Origin: Loktanella sp.
Lineage (GTDB): Bacteria > Pseudomonadota > Alphaproteobacteria > Rhodobacterales > Rhodobacteraceae
Assembly: GCA_003551805.1 (NCBI GenBank)
Contig: PUNR01000103.1
Location: 1-44,807, forward strand
Length of the DNA: 44,807 bases
Direction of reading: 5' to 3'
Part shown: positions 27,777 through 37,256 of the stretch, piece after piece
Numbering within the stretch: the first letter of the stretch is position 1
How the letters are laid out: each line of letters opens with the position of its first letter
The notes under the pieces: generated by a model
Seen by the model: only the letters and a program-made list of their open reading frames with translations
Told to the model about the DNA's origin: nothing
Databases searched by the model: none
Made by a program: the position numbers and the translations under genes

Positions 27777-29306
27777 CTACATCATCTGACCAAGCCACAT
27801 GGCGCCACCGACCAGCACGCCACCCAGTGCCATCCACGACAAACGTGCGATGCGCCGTTGCGGTTTTGGTTCGGGTGGTGGGTTGTTCAGGCGTATCAGG
27901 GCCTGTTCTGCGAGCCGGGGCAATTGTGGGCCAAAGCGTGCCAGGATCATCGCCGTGCGCCCCAAATCGCGCAGCAGCGCCTTGGGGCCGATGCTTTGTT
28001 TGATGTAATCTTCTACCACAGGCTTGGCGACTTCCCAGATGTTCATGCGCGGATCTAGCGACCGCGCCACACCTTCGACAACGACCATCGTGCGTTGCAG
28101 GTGGATCAGTTCGGTGCGGGTTTCCATGCCGAAACGTTCTGTGACCTCGAACAAATAGGACAAAAGCCGCGCCATCGAAATGCGGCTGGCGTCCATCCCG
28201 AAGATGGGTTCGCCCACCGCGCGCAGGGCGCGGGCAAATTCATCAACGTCACGGTTGGCGGGGACATAGCCCGCTTCGAAGTGAACCTCGGCAACGCGCT
28301 GGTAATCTTTGCGGATGAAACCGAATAGAATTTCGGCGTAAACGCGGCGGGTATATTCATCAATCCGCCCCATGATTCCGAAATCATAGGCGATGATATC
28401 GCCATTGGCACTGACCTTCAGGTTGCCCTGATGCATGTCGCCGTGGAAATAGCCGTCGCGCAGCGCGTGATTGAGGAAAAGCCCCAGCACCCGGTCGGCC
28501 AGCGCGCGGCGGTCGTGCCCGGCTGCGTCAAGGGCTGCGTTGTCGCCAATGCCCGCGCCTTCGGCCCAATCCAGTGTCATGACGCGCCGCCCCGACAGGT
28601 GCCAACGCACTTGCGGCACGGTAAAACCGGCGTCGTCCTTGGTGTTAGCAGCGAATTCAGCCGCGGCAGAGCTTTCCAGCCGCAGGTCAAGTTCGCCCAT
28701 GACCACGCCTTCGAAATGAACGATCACATCCATCGGGCGCAGGCGGCGGGACGCGGGGGATAGCACCTCGATCGTGCGGGCGGCGAAATAGAACGCGTCG
28801 ATATCCTTGCGGAACGCCTTTTCAATGCCGGGGCGGAGGATTTTGACGGCTACAGCTTCGCCCGTGTCGGCCAGATGCGCCTTGTGGACCTGTGCAAGCG
28901 ACGCGGCTGCGACAGGGGCAGAGAAGGTGGAAAACAGTTTTTCAACCGGCATCCCGAGTTCGCGTTGAATTTCTGCCTTTGCCTCTGCCATCGAAAACGG
29001 CGGCAGTTTGTCCTGCAAAACGCGCAGTTGCACGGCCATGTCATCGCCCACGACATCGGGGCGGGTGGACAGGATTTGCCCGAACTTGATGTAGGCCGGC
29101 CCGAGCGCCGTCAGCGCGCGGGGTGCAGGCGGCATCGATGGATCGCCCTTGTAGCCCAGCCATTGAAAGGGCCAAACCAACGACCGCAGCGTGATGCGCA
29201 GAAAAATCCCGACATCGAACGCATCAAGGATCACCTTCATCGCGCCAGTGCGTTCCAATGTAGCACCGGTGCGGATCAGGCGGATGATGTTATGCGGGCC
29301 GCGCAC
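27777..29306 (-). CDS. ubiB: Ubiquinone biosynthesis protein kinase-like UbiB
   Basis: Motifs LGPAYIKFGQILSTRPD, AAASLAQVH, VAVKILRP, FHGDMHQGN and DFGIMG. Confidence 0.95.
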   Translation of the reverse strand: MRGPHNIIRLIRTGATLERTGAMKVILDAFDVGIFLRITLRSLVWPFQWLGYKGDPSMPPAPRALTALGPAYIKFGQILSTRPDVVGDDMAVQLRVLQDKLPPFSMAEAKAEIQRELGMPVEKLFSTFSAPVAAASLAQVHKAHLADTGEAVAVKILRPGIEKAFRKDIDAFYFAARTIEVLSPASRRLRPMDVIVHFEGVVMGELDLRLESSAAAEFAANTKDDAGFTVPQVRWHLSGRRVMTLDWAEGAGIGDNAALDAAGHDRRALADRVLGLFLNHALRDGYFHGDMHQGNLKVSANGDIIAYDFGIMGRIDEYTRRVYAEILFGFIRKDYQRVAEVHFEAGYVPANRDVDEFARALRAVGEPIFGMDASRISMARLLSYLFEVTERFGMETRTELIHLQRTMVVVEGVARSLDPRMNIWEVAKPVVEDYIKQSIGPKALLRDLGRTAMILARFGPQLPRLAEQALIRLNNPPPEPKPQRRIARLSWMALGGVLVGGAMWLGQMM

Positions 29307-30059
29307 TTACAGTTTCCAGCCCGAATGCAGTGCCGCGACGCCCATGGTCAGGTTGCGGTACTTCGCATTCCCGAAACCGGCATCGCGGACCATGCCAAGG
29401 AATGTGTCCTGATCGGGGAACTGCCGGATTGATTCGACCAGATATTGATACGAATCACGATCACCGGCGATGATTTGCCCCATGCGGGGGATCACGTTGA
29501 AGGAATAGGCGTCATAGGCCGCCTGCATCATCGGGTTCGGGATCTGGCTGAATTCCAGCACCATCAACCGCCCGCCGGGTTTAAGGACGCGGTACGCTTC
29601 GGCCAGGGCGTCCTGTGGGCGGGTGACGTTCCGGATGCCGAAGGAAATCGTGTAAACATCGAATGTATTGGCACCAAATGGCAGCGCCATCGCATCGCCT
29701 GTCACCCAATCCAGACTGTCGGACATCTGTGCCGCTTCGGCACGCTTGCGCCCTTCGACCAGCATGGATTCGGTGAGGTCCAGCACGGTTGCATGCCCAC
29801 GTCCCGCGCGTTTGAGGAACCTGAACGACACATCACCGGTGCCGCCTGCCACATCAAGCAACCGCTGACCGGGGCGTGGCGCCAACCAGTCCATCATCGC
29901 ATCTTTCCAGATCCGGTGAACGCCGCCGGACATCACATCATTCATGATGTCGTATTTGCTGGCGACAGAGGAAAACACCCCCTGCACACGGCCTGCTTTT
30001 TCATCCTCGCGGACGGTTTCAAAACCGAAATGGGTTGTCTTGTCTGTATCGTTGGTCAT
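29307..30059 (-). CDS. ubiE: Ubiquinone/menaquinone C-methyltransferase UbiE
   Basis: Start [13 protein letters not shown]; motifs [26 protein letters not shown] and [12 protein letters not shown]. Confidence 0.95.
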   Translation of the reverse strand: MTNDTDKTTHFGFETVREDEKAGRVQGVFSSVASKYDIMNDVMSGGVHRIWKDAMMDWLAPRPGQRLLDVAGGTGDVSFRFLKRAGRGHATVLDLTESMLVEGRKRAEAAQMSDSLDWVTGDAMALPFGANTFDVYTISFGIRNVTRPQDALAEAYRVLKPGGRLMVLEFSQIPNPMMQAAYDAYSFNVIPRMGQIIAGDRDSYQYLVESIRQFPDQDTFLGMVRDAGFGNAKYRNLTMGVAALHSGWKL

Positions 30060-30089
30060 CTGGGCTTGTGGTCCTTTGCGCACGTCCCA

Positions 30090-30117
30090 ACTATAGGGCG
30101 CAGACAAAGGCTTACAA
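30090..30117 (-). promoter_or_regulatory. Putative sigma70 promoter of ubiE-ubiB
   Basis: The minus strand reads TTGTAA-N16-TATAGT. Confidence 0.45.
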
Positions 30118-30144
30118 CGCCGCCCCGCCGATAGAAAGTCCGCC

Positions 30145-30996
30145 ATGCCCGAATTGCCCGAGGTTGAAACCGTCAAAGCCGGAATTGCGCCTGCAATGAC
30201 AGGCAAGGTGATTGTGCAGGCCGACGTAAACAGGCCCGATCTGCGCTGGCCTTTTCCCGACAATATGGTTGACAGGCTGACTGGGCGGCGGGTGCTGGGC
30301 CTGCGGCGGCGGTCGAAATATATTCTGGTCGATCTTGATAGCGGTGAAACCTTGCTGATCCATCTGGGCATGTCGGGCCGGATGCTGGTGTCGGGTGCGT
30401 CGCAAGGCGCGTTTTACCGTCCGCATCCCGCACCCGCGAAACATGACCATGTTGTGCTGCATATGGAAGGCGGTGCACGGATCACATTCAACGACGCCCG
30501 CCGTTTCGGGGCGATGGACCTGATGCCGACTGCGGCGCAGGAAGATCACTGGCTGATCCGCGATATCGGGCCGGAACCTTTGGGCAATACCTTTCACGAA
30601 GACTATCTAATTGATCGTTTCAAAGGGCGGAATACGCCAATAAAATCAGCCTTGCTGGATCAGCGGATCGTTGCGGGTCTGGGCAATATCTATGTCTGCG
30701 AGGTGTTGTTTCGTGCAGGCATCAACCCGCGGCGCAAGGCGGGCCAGATCAGCGCGCGGCGGGTGGCGGCGCTGGTGCCATTGATCCGCGAAGTCCTGCA
30801 AGAGGCGATTGCCGCGGGCGGGTCCAGCCTGCGTGACTACCGGCAAAGCGACGGTGAATTGGGATATTTCCAGCACGGGTTTCAGGTTTATGACCGTGAA
30901 GGTGCTGCCTGTGTGACCGACGGTTGCGGAAAGCCAATCCAGCGAATCGTGCAATCGGGACGCTCATCTTTCTTTTGCGCGCAATGCCAAAGATAA
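30145..30996 (+). CDS. mutM: Formamidopyrimidine-DNA glycosylase
   Basis: Motifs [20 protein letters not shown] and a C-terminal Zn finger. Confidence 0.97.
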   Translation: MPELPEVETVKAGIAPAMTGKVIVQADVNRPDLRWPFPDNMVDRLTGRRVLGLRRRSKYILVDLDSGETLLIHLGMSGRMLVSGASQGAFYRPHPAPAKHDHVVLHMEGGARITFNDARRFGAMDLMPTAAQEDHWLIRDIGPEPLGNTFHEDYLIDRFKGRNTPIKSALLDQRIVAGLGNIYVCEVLFRAGINPRRKAGQISARRVAALVPLIREVLQEAIAAGGSSLRDYRQSDGELGYFQHGFQVYDREGAACVTDGCGKPIQRIVQSGRSSFFCAQCQR

Positions 30997-31059
30997 CTTG
31001 ATCCAAACGTACCCTTTGTTAAGCACGGGGTTTCTGACCAGCAGCAAAAGGACAGCGGC

Positions 31060-31836
31060 ATGGCTTTTGAGAACATCATTCTGGACGTGCGCGAACATGT
31101 TGCGACGATCACACTGAACCGGCCTGATGCGATGAATGCGCTTAACGGTAAGTTACTGCGCGAACTCTGCACCGCCCTGGAAGAGGCGGACGCCAGTGAC
31201 AAGGTGCGCTGCATCATCATCACCGGTTCGGACAAAGCCTTTGCCGCCGGTGCGGATATCGCGGAAATGGCCGACAAAAGCTTTGTCGAAATGTATACGA
31301 CCCGCTTTTTCGAGAATGAAACTGACCGTTTCAACCGCACCCGCAAGCCGATCATCGCTGCTGTTGCGGGCTATGCGCTGGGCGGTGGTTGCGAATTGGC
31401 GATGATGTGCGATTTCATCATCGCGGCGGATACTGCGAAATTCGGTCAGCCCGAGATCAATCTGGGCGTCATCGCGGGATTGGGCGGCACCCAGCGTCTG
31501 ACGCGCTTTGTCGGTAAATCCAAATCGATGGATATGCATCTGACCGGCCGCTTCATGGATGCCGCCGAGGCCGAGCGTAGCGGTCTGGTCAGTCGCGTCG
31601 TGCCTGCCAAGAATCTGGCGACAGAGGCACGCAATGCCGCCATCAAGATCACGGAAAAATCCCAGATCGCAGCGATTGCCGCCAAAGATGCCGTTGATCG
31701 CGCCTATGAGACGACGCTGGCCGAAGGGCTGCATTATGAACGCCGTCTGTTTCAGGCGTTGTTCGCGACCGAGGACCAGTCCGAAGGTATGGCGGCGTTT
31801 CTGGAAAAACGCGAGGCGCAGTTCCGCGACCGCTAA
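31060..31836 (+). CDS. Enoyl-CoA hydratase
   Basis: Motifs [27 protein letters not shown] and FGQPEI. Confidence 0.93.
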   Translation: MAFENIILDVREHVATITLNRPDAMNALNGKLLRELCTALEEADASDKVRCIIITGSDKAFAAGADIAEMADKSFVEMYTTRFFENETDRFNRTRKPIIAAVAGYALGGGCELAMMCDFIIAADTAKFGQPEINLGVIAGLGGTQRLTRFVGKSKSMDMHLTGRFMDAAEAERSGLVSRVVPAKNLATEARNAAIKITEKSQIAAIAAKDAVDRAYETTLAEGLHYERRLFQALFATEDQSEGMAAFLEKREAQFRDR

Positions 31837-31984
31837 GATTTCGGGTTTCCTTTGGGCGAAAACTGGTCTAAGGCCAGCACCACATGCGCGAGAGGCCCGC
31901 TTTGGCCAGAATCACCGGTACTGAACCCGGTCGGGGCTAATTGCGCTTAACAGTTTTAATTTGACCCGACGAAGGGAAAGACCA

Positions 31985-32248
31985 ATGGCAAATTCACCAC
32001 AGTCCAAAAAACGGGCCCGTCAGAACGACGCGCGTTTTCAGGTTAACAAAATGCGCCGTTCGCGCATCCGCACATTCCTGCGCAAAGTCGAAGAGGCGAT
32101 CGCCTCTGGTGACCAGACAGTTGCTGCCGCCGCACTGCGTGCCGCCCAGCCAGAACTGATGCGCGGCGTGACCAAGGGTGTTGTTCACAAGAACACAGCC
32201 GCACGGAAAATGTCGCGCCTGTCCGCACGGGTCAAAGCTATCGGCTGA
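31985..32248 (+). CDS. rpsT: 30S ribosomal protein S20
   Basis: [14 protein letters not shown]...[16 protein letters not shown]. Confidence 0.97.
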   Translation: MANSPQSKKRARQNDARFQVNKMRRSRIRTFLRKVEEAIASGDQTVAAAALRAAQPELMRGVTKGVVHKNTAARKMSRLSARVKAIG

Positions 32249-32278
32249 ATTCTTCCGGTTTCGGAAGATCAGAATCAC

Positions 32279-32310
32279 AAAAGACGCGCCCAGCAGGGCG
32301 CGTCTTTTTT
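32279..32310 (+). terminator. Rho-independent terminator of rpsT
   Basis: AAAAGACGCGCCC-AGCA-GGGCGCGTCTTTTTT, a perfect stem with U-tract. Confidence 0.9.
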
Positions 32311-32403
32311 GTTCATGTGTTGCCGCCTTGCCGGGTTTTCAGTTGAAATCAAAGGCGTCACAGATTCTTTCCCGACAAAGTCAGAGTCAAGCGCGATGTT
32401 GTG

Positions 32404-32433
32404 TTGAAGCGTCCCCAAACCCCTTGCTACCTT
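32404..32433 (+). promoter_or_regulatory. Putative sigma70 promoter of dnaA flanked by GANTC sites
   Basis: TTGAAG-N18-TACCTT; GANTC at 32363, 32384 and 32442. Confidence 0.4.
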
Positions 32434-32439
32434 GGCCAT

Positions 32440-32832
32440 GCGATTCACATCGTTCCGGGGGGACATGGGGGGATCGGCCCGATAAAAACATGAAAGCGTC
32501 CTTCTGGCGCCGTATAGTTTTATCTTATCAGGGTCGGGCTTCATGCAAATGTGACTGGGCGTTTAACGGCGATAGCCGGGGTGCCCGTTCTTTTGTGTCT
32601 GCGTCGATGCCAAAGGCTGCTCTTTGGTGTTTGCTGCTGTCATGACCCAGTCTAGCTGCCTTTTGGCCCACGGTTTATCGTGCGCCACAAATGGTTTGTA
32701 AAAATGAAGCGATATCCCGGCCAGATGGGGACATTCTGGTCATGGTACAGCTTTGCGTTGTTGATGTGATGTTGCGTGACGGTGGTGCGGCTCTGCGGTG
32801 GGGTCGTGCGGGGGCTGAAGGTAAAGAAAAGA
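32440..32832 (+). ncRNA. Putative long structured dnaA 5' leader
   Basis: No convincing CDS here; several complementary helices (see findings). Confidence 0.35.
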
Positions 32833-34176
32833 ATGACGAACGATATTTGGGCAAATGTGATGCGCACACTGAAAGGCGCGATTGGGGCAAACAACTTTTC
32901 GAACTGGATTGAACCTCTGGAATTTTCCCAATTGGTGGGCGGCGTTGCGGTTTTCCATGTGCCGACAAATTTCATCGGCAATTACGTGTCGCAGAATTTC
33001 GGCGACCAGATCATCTATCACCTGAACCAGCAGGGCGAAGACGTACAGCGCCTGCAATTCAAGGTACCGTCGCAGGCGCAAGCCACCCCGAAAGCCGCGC
33101 CAAAGCCCGCAGCGAAACCCGCAGGGCTGGATGATGTCACCGGTGCGCCTTTGGATGCGCGTTTCACATTTGATACGTTTGTTGTCGGCAAACCGAACGA
33201 ATTGGCCCATGCCGCTGCACGTCGTGTGGCCGATGGCGGGCCCGTTACCTTTAACCCTTTGTTTCTGTATGGCGGCGTCGGTCTGGGTAAGACCCACCTG
33301 ATGCACGCCATCGCCCATGAATTGCAGCGCCGGTCGCCGGAACTGAATGTGCTGTATCTGTCGGCGGAACAATTCATGTACCGCTTTGTCACCGCCCTGC
33401 GCGAACGCAAGATGATGGATTTCAAGCAATTGTTCCGGTCAGTCGATGTGCTGATGGTCGATGACGTGCAATTCATCGCGGGCAAGGACAGCACCCAGGA
33501 AGAATTTTTCCACACCTTCAACGCGCTGGTCGACGGTCACAAACAGATCATCATTTCCGCCGATCGCGCACCGGGTGAAATCAAGGATCTCGAAGACCGG
33601 ATCAGATCACGCCTGCAATGCGGTCTGGTGGTCGATCTGCACCCAACCGATTACGAACTGCGCCTTGGCATTCTGCAATCCAAGGTCGACGCGTTCTCAG
33701 CGCAATATCCGGGCCTGCAGATCGCGTCCGGTGTGTTGGAATTCCTTGCGCATCGCATTTCGACCAACGTGCGTGTGCTGGAAGGCGCTTTGACACGGCT
33801 ATTTGCCTTCGCCTCGCTGGTTGGTCGCGAGATTAATCTTGAACTGACGCAGGATTGCTTGTCCGATATCCTCAAAGCATCTGACCGCAAGGTCACGGTG
33901 GAGGAAATCCAGCGCAAAGTGTCCGAACATTACAATATCCGCCTGTCCGACATGATCGGCCCCAAGCGCGTGCGCAATTATGCCCGCCCACGGCAGATGG
34001 CGATGTATCTGGCCAAGCAGATGACCAACCGGTCGTTGCCTGAAATCGGCCGCCGTTTCGGTGGGCGCGACCATACGACGGTCATGCATGGTGTGCGCAA
34101 AATCGAAGAATTGAAGGTGTTGGACAGCCAGATCGCCGATGATCTGGAACTGCTGCGCCGTGCATTGGAAGCATAG
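32833..34176 (+). CDS. dnaA: Chromosomal replication initiator DnaA
   Basis: Motifs NPLFLYGGVGLGKTHLM, DDVQF..TQEEFFHTFN and GGRDHTTV; start MTNDIW. Confidence 0.98.
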   Translation: MTNDIWANVMRTLKGAIGANNFSNWIEPLEFSQLVGGVAVFHVPTNFIGNYVSQNFGDQIIYHLNQQGEDVQRLQFKVPSQAQATPKAAPKPAAKPAGLDDVTGAPLDARFTFDTFVVGKPNELAHAAARRVADGGPVTFNPLFLYGGVGLGKTHLMHAIAHELQRRSPELNVLYLSAEQFMYRFVTALRERKMMDFKQLFRSVDVLMVDDVQFIAGKDSTQEEFFHTFNALVDGHKQIIISADRAPGEIKDLEDRIRSRLQCGLVVDLHPTDYELRLGILQSKVDAFSAQYPGLQIASGVLEFLAHRISTNVRVLEGALTRLFAFASLVGREINLELTQDCLSDILKASDRKVTVEEIQRKVSEHYNIRLSDMIGPKRVRNYARPRQMAMYLAKQMTNRSLPEIGRRFGGRDHTTVMHGVRKIEELKVLDSQIADDLELLRRALEA

Positions 34177-34289
34177 GCGCGCTTGACGCCCGCATCAGCA
34201 TAATAAACAAAACACTTGAGGCGGGCGCGGAATGCAGTAGGTTTTGCGTCCCGGCCTTGTCCGGCATCAAGATAGGCGGAGATTGGGAC

Positions 34290-35408
34290 ATGAAATTCAG
34301 CATCGAACGCGCGGTATTGCTTAAAGCCGTCGCACAGGCCCAGTCCGTGGTCGAACGGCGCAACACTATTCCGATCCTCGCCAATGTGCTGATCGAAGCG
34401 CAAGGGGACGAGGTGCATTTCCGCGCCACTGACCTTGATATCGAAATCGTCGACAAAGCCCCGGCCAAAGTTGAACGCGCAGGCGCTACGACTGTATCGG
34501 CGGTCACGCTGAATGAAATCGTGCGCAAACTGCCGGACGGGTCGCTGGTGTCGCTGACCGAAGAAAGCGCCACAGGACGTCTGACAATCGAGGCAGGGCG
34601 ATCCAATTTCTCGCTCGCCACATTGCCGAAAGAAGATTTTCCCGTGATGGCGACCTCTGAATATGCTGCCAATTTCGCGGTAAAAGCACCCGTGCTGCGC
34701 CGGTTGTTCGACAAGTCCAAATTCGCGATCTCGACCGAAGAAACGCGCTATTACCTGAACGGCGTCTATATGCACGTCGCTGATGGCGAATCCGGCAAGG
34801 TCTTGCGCTGCGTCGCCACAGATGGCCACCGCCTTGCGCGGATCGACGCTGAACTGCCGATGGGCGCTGAAAACATGGCCGGTGTCATCGTACCGCGCAA
34901 AACCGTTGGCGAATTGCGCAAGTTGCTGGACGATGACGAGATGAAAATCGCCGTCTCAGTGTCAGAAACCAAGATCCGCTTTGCCACACCCGACATCACC
35001 CTGACATCCAAGGTCATCGACGGCACCTTCCCCGATTACACACGGGTGATCCCGCAAGGCAACACCCGCCGGTTGGAAGTTGACGCCAGCGAATTCGCCC
35101 GCGCCGTGGACCGTGTGGCGACTGTGTCGTCGGAACGGTCGCGCGCGGTGAAACTGTCGCTGGACGAAGACCGGCTGATCCTTTCGGTCAATTCGCCTGA
35201 TTCCGGTGCAGCCGAAGAAGAATTGGCCGTGGCCTATTCCGACGAACGGCTGGAAATCGGGTTCAACGCGAAATACCTGCTGGAAATCGCCAGTCAGGTG
35301 GACCGTGAGAACGCAGTTTTCATGTTCAATTCTTCCGGCGATCCGACCCTGATGCGTGAAGGCAATGATATGTCGGCGATCTACGTCGTCATGCCGATGC
35401 GCGTGTGA
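34290..35408 (+). CDS. dnaN: DNA polymerase III beta clamp
   Basis: Start MKFSIER; motifs TIPILANV, ATDGHRLA and VVMPMRV. Confidence 0.98.
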   Translation: MKFSIERAVLLKAVAQAQSVVERRNTIPILANVLIEAQGDEVHFRATDLDIEIVDKAPAKVERAGATTVSAVTLNEIVRKLPDGSLVSLTEESATGRLTIEAGRSNFSLATLPKEDFPVMATSEYAANFAVKAPVLRRLFDKSKFAISTEETRYYLNGVYMHVADGESGKVLRCVATDGHRLARIDAELPMGAENMAGVIVPRKTVGELRKLLDDDEMKIAVSVSETKIRFATPDITLTSKVIDGTFPDYTRVIPQGNTRRLEVDASEFARAVDRVATVSSERSRAVKLSLDEDRLILSVNSPDSGAAEEELAVAYSDERLEIGFNAKYLLEIASQVDRENAVFMFNSSGDPTLMREGNDMSAIYVVMPMRV

Positions 35409-35445
35409 CAGGCGACACCGTTACTGAACCTTCCCGGCGACCCCT

Positions 35446-36546
35446 ATGACCGGACTTGCCCTGTCGGAACTGGCGCTGTCGCATTTCCGGTCGCATAAAC
35501 GTGCTGTGCTGGAACTGGACGCCAGACCAATGGCGATCTACGGGCCAAACGGCGCGGGCAAGACCAATATCATCGAAGCGATTTCGCTTTTGTCCCCCGG
35601 ACGCGGCCTGCGCCGTGCCGGGGCAGATGATCTGGCCCGCAGGCCAGAATCACTTGGCTGGAAGATCACCGCGATCCTGCAATCCCTGCATCAGGTCCAC
35701 GAGCTAGAAACATGGGCCGAGGCGGGCAGCCCCCGCCAATTGCGCATCGACGGCAAATCAGCACCTCAAACCGCCCTTGGCCGCATCGCGCGGGTGCTAT
35801 GGCTGGTGCCGTCGATGGACAGGCTCTGGATCGAAGGGGCCGAAGGGCGCCGCCGCTTTCTTGACCGCGCCACGCTTAGCTTCGAGCCGACACATGCCGA
35901 TGCCGTCCTGACATATGAAAAGGCGATGCGCGAACGCAACCGCCTGCTGAAGGACATGGTCCGCGACCCGCATTGGTACGCCGCGATCGAGGCGCAAATG
36001 GCCGAGGCTGCGACCCAGATCACCGCCAACCGCAACCGCGCGATTGACGAACTGGCCGCGGCGCAGGCCGCGGCAGTGACCGCCTTTCCCACCGCGACTT
36101 TGACGCTGACTTATGCTGACCCCTTGCCTGACGACCTGCAATCGGCACTGGAGGCGCACCGCAACCGCGACATGGCGGCAGGACGCACCCTGCTGGGCCC
36201 GCACCGTGCCGATCTGGACGCCGTCTTTGCTGACAAAGACATTAACGCCCGCGATTGTTCCACCGGCGAACAAAAGGCGCTGCTGATCAGCCTGATCCTT
36301 GCCAATGCACGCGCGCTTGCACAGGATTTCGGCGCACCGCCGATTTTACTGCTGGACGAGGTTGCAGCCCACCTTGACGCCACCCGCCGTGCGGCGCTTT
36401 ATGACGAAATCTGCGCGCTTGGGGCGCAGGCTTTCATGACCGGCACCGGGCCGGAATTATTCACCGAACTGGGCAGTCGCGCGCAATATGCAGAAGTCAC
36501 TGAAACGCACGGCCTGTCCAGCGTGGAACGCAAAGACATAAAATGA
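35446..36546 (+). CDS. recF: DNA replication/repair protein RecF
   Basis: Motifs GPNGAGKTN, RRRFLDR, GPHRADL, STGEQK and LLLDEVAAHLD. Confidence 0.96.
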   Translation: MTGLALSELALSHFRSHKRAVLELDARPMAIYGPNGAGKTNIIEAISLLSPGRGLRRAGADDLARRPESLGWKITAILQSLHQVHELETWAEAGSPRQLRIDGKSAPQTALGRIARVLWLVPSMDRLWIEGAEGRRRFLDRATLSFEPTHADAVLTYEKAMRERNRLLKDMVRDPHWYAAIEAQMAEAATQITANRNRAIDELAAAQAAAVTAFPTATLTLTYADPLPDDLQSALEAHRNRDMAAGRTLLGPHRADLDAVFADKDINARDCSTGEQKALLISLILANARALAQDFGAPPILLLDEVAAHLDATRRAALYDEICALGAQAFMTGTGPELFTELGSRAQYAEVTETHGLSSVERKDIK

Positions 36547-37163
36547 CCGTCACCGCCTCGGGCCTGTTGTTGTATACCGGCGCGCTGTTCATCCTGTTCA
36601 TCACCCCCGGCCCCGTCTGGGTAGCACTTCTGGCGCGGTCACTGTCCGGCGGGTTTGCCGCCGCTTGGCCCTTGGCCGTTGGCGTGGCACTGGGCGATAT
36701 CCTGTGGCCGCTTGCTGCCATCCTTGGCGTGGCATGGCTGGTGTCAGCCAATGCAGGCATCATGCTGGTGATGAAATGGGTCGCCGTTGCGGTCTTTATC
36801 GTCATGGGCATCGGCCTGATCCGCAGTGGCGGGCATACCCTGCGCGCCGACAGCCGCCTGACACGACCGGGCCGCTGGGCCGGGTTCATCGCGGGTGTCG
36901 CCGTGATCCTTGGCAACCCCAAGGCCGTGCTGTTCTACATCGGTGTGCTGCCGGGGTTCTTTGATCTCACGCAGGTCACGGTGCCGGATATCATCGCGAT
37001 CTGCGTGCTCAGCGTCGCGGTGCCGCTGATCGGCAATCTGGTTCTTGCGGGCTTTATCGGGCGGATACGGGGCGTGCTGAAATCACCGGAATCCCTGCGC
37101 CGGATCAACATTGTCGCAGGCTGGCTGCTGGTCGCTGTGGGCTGCGTGATTGCCCTGACCTGA
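36543..37163 (+). CDS. LysE/RhtB family translocator
   Basis: TPGP and GNPKA motifs; about six TM helices. Confidence 0.88.
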   Translation: MTVTASGLLLYTGALFILFITPGPVWVALLARSLSGGFAAAWPLAVGVALGDILWPLAAILGVAWLVSANAGIMLVMKWVAVAVFIVMGIGLIRSGGHTLRADSRLTRPGRWAGFIAGVAVILGNPKAVLFYIGVLPGFFDLTQVTVPDIIAICVLSVAVPLIGNLVLAGFIGRIRGVLKSPESLRRINIVAGWLLVAVGCVIALT

Positions 37164-37199
37164 CCGGCCCTAAAACCCACAAAATATGGTGTCATTAGC

Positions 37200-37228
37200 G
37201 TGACATCCCCGGCCAGACCGCATATATT
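37200..37228 (+). promoter_or_regulatory. Putative sigma70 promoter of gyrB
   Basis: GTGACA-N17-TATATT upstream of the gyrB RBS. Confidence 0.5.
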
Positions 37229-37256
37229 TTGGGGATCAAGGAATAGGACTGACCCA

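Noticed and set aside
27572-28003. 143-aa ORF after flgI, and the 155-aa ORF 32178-32645 upstream of dnaA
   Set aside because: No RBS or recognisable domain; they overlap ubiB antisense or cross rpsT and its terminator.
31937-31959. CtrA-like TTAA repeats upstream of rpsT
   Set aside because: The spacings are N5 and N6, not N7.
33506-33514. DnaA-box match TTTTCCACA within dnaA
   Set aside because: It is explained by the codons of the conserved EEFFHT motif and is a single site.
32249-34289. oriC next to dnaA
   Set aside because: I found no cluster of DnaA boxes or clear AT-rich unwinding element in the rpsT-dnaA or dnaA-dnaN gaps; alphaproteobacterial origins are often unlinked to dnaA.
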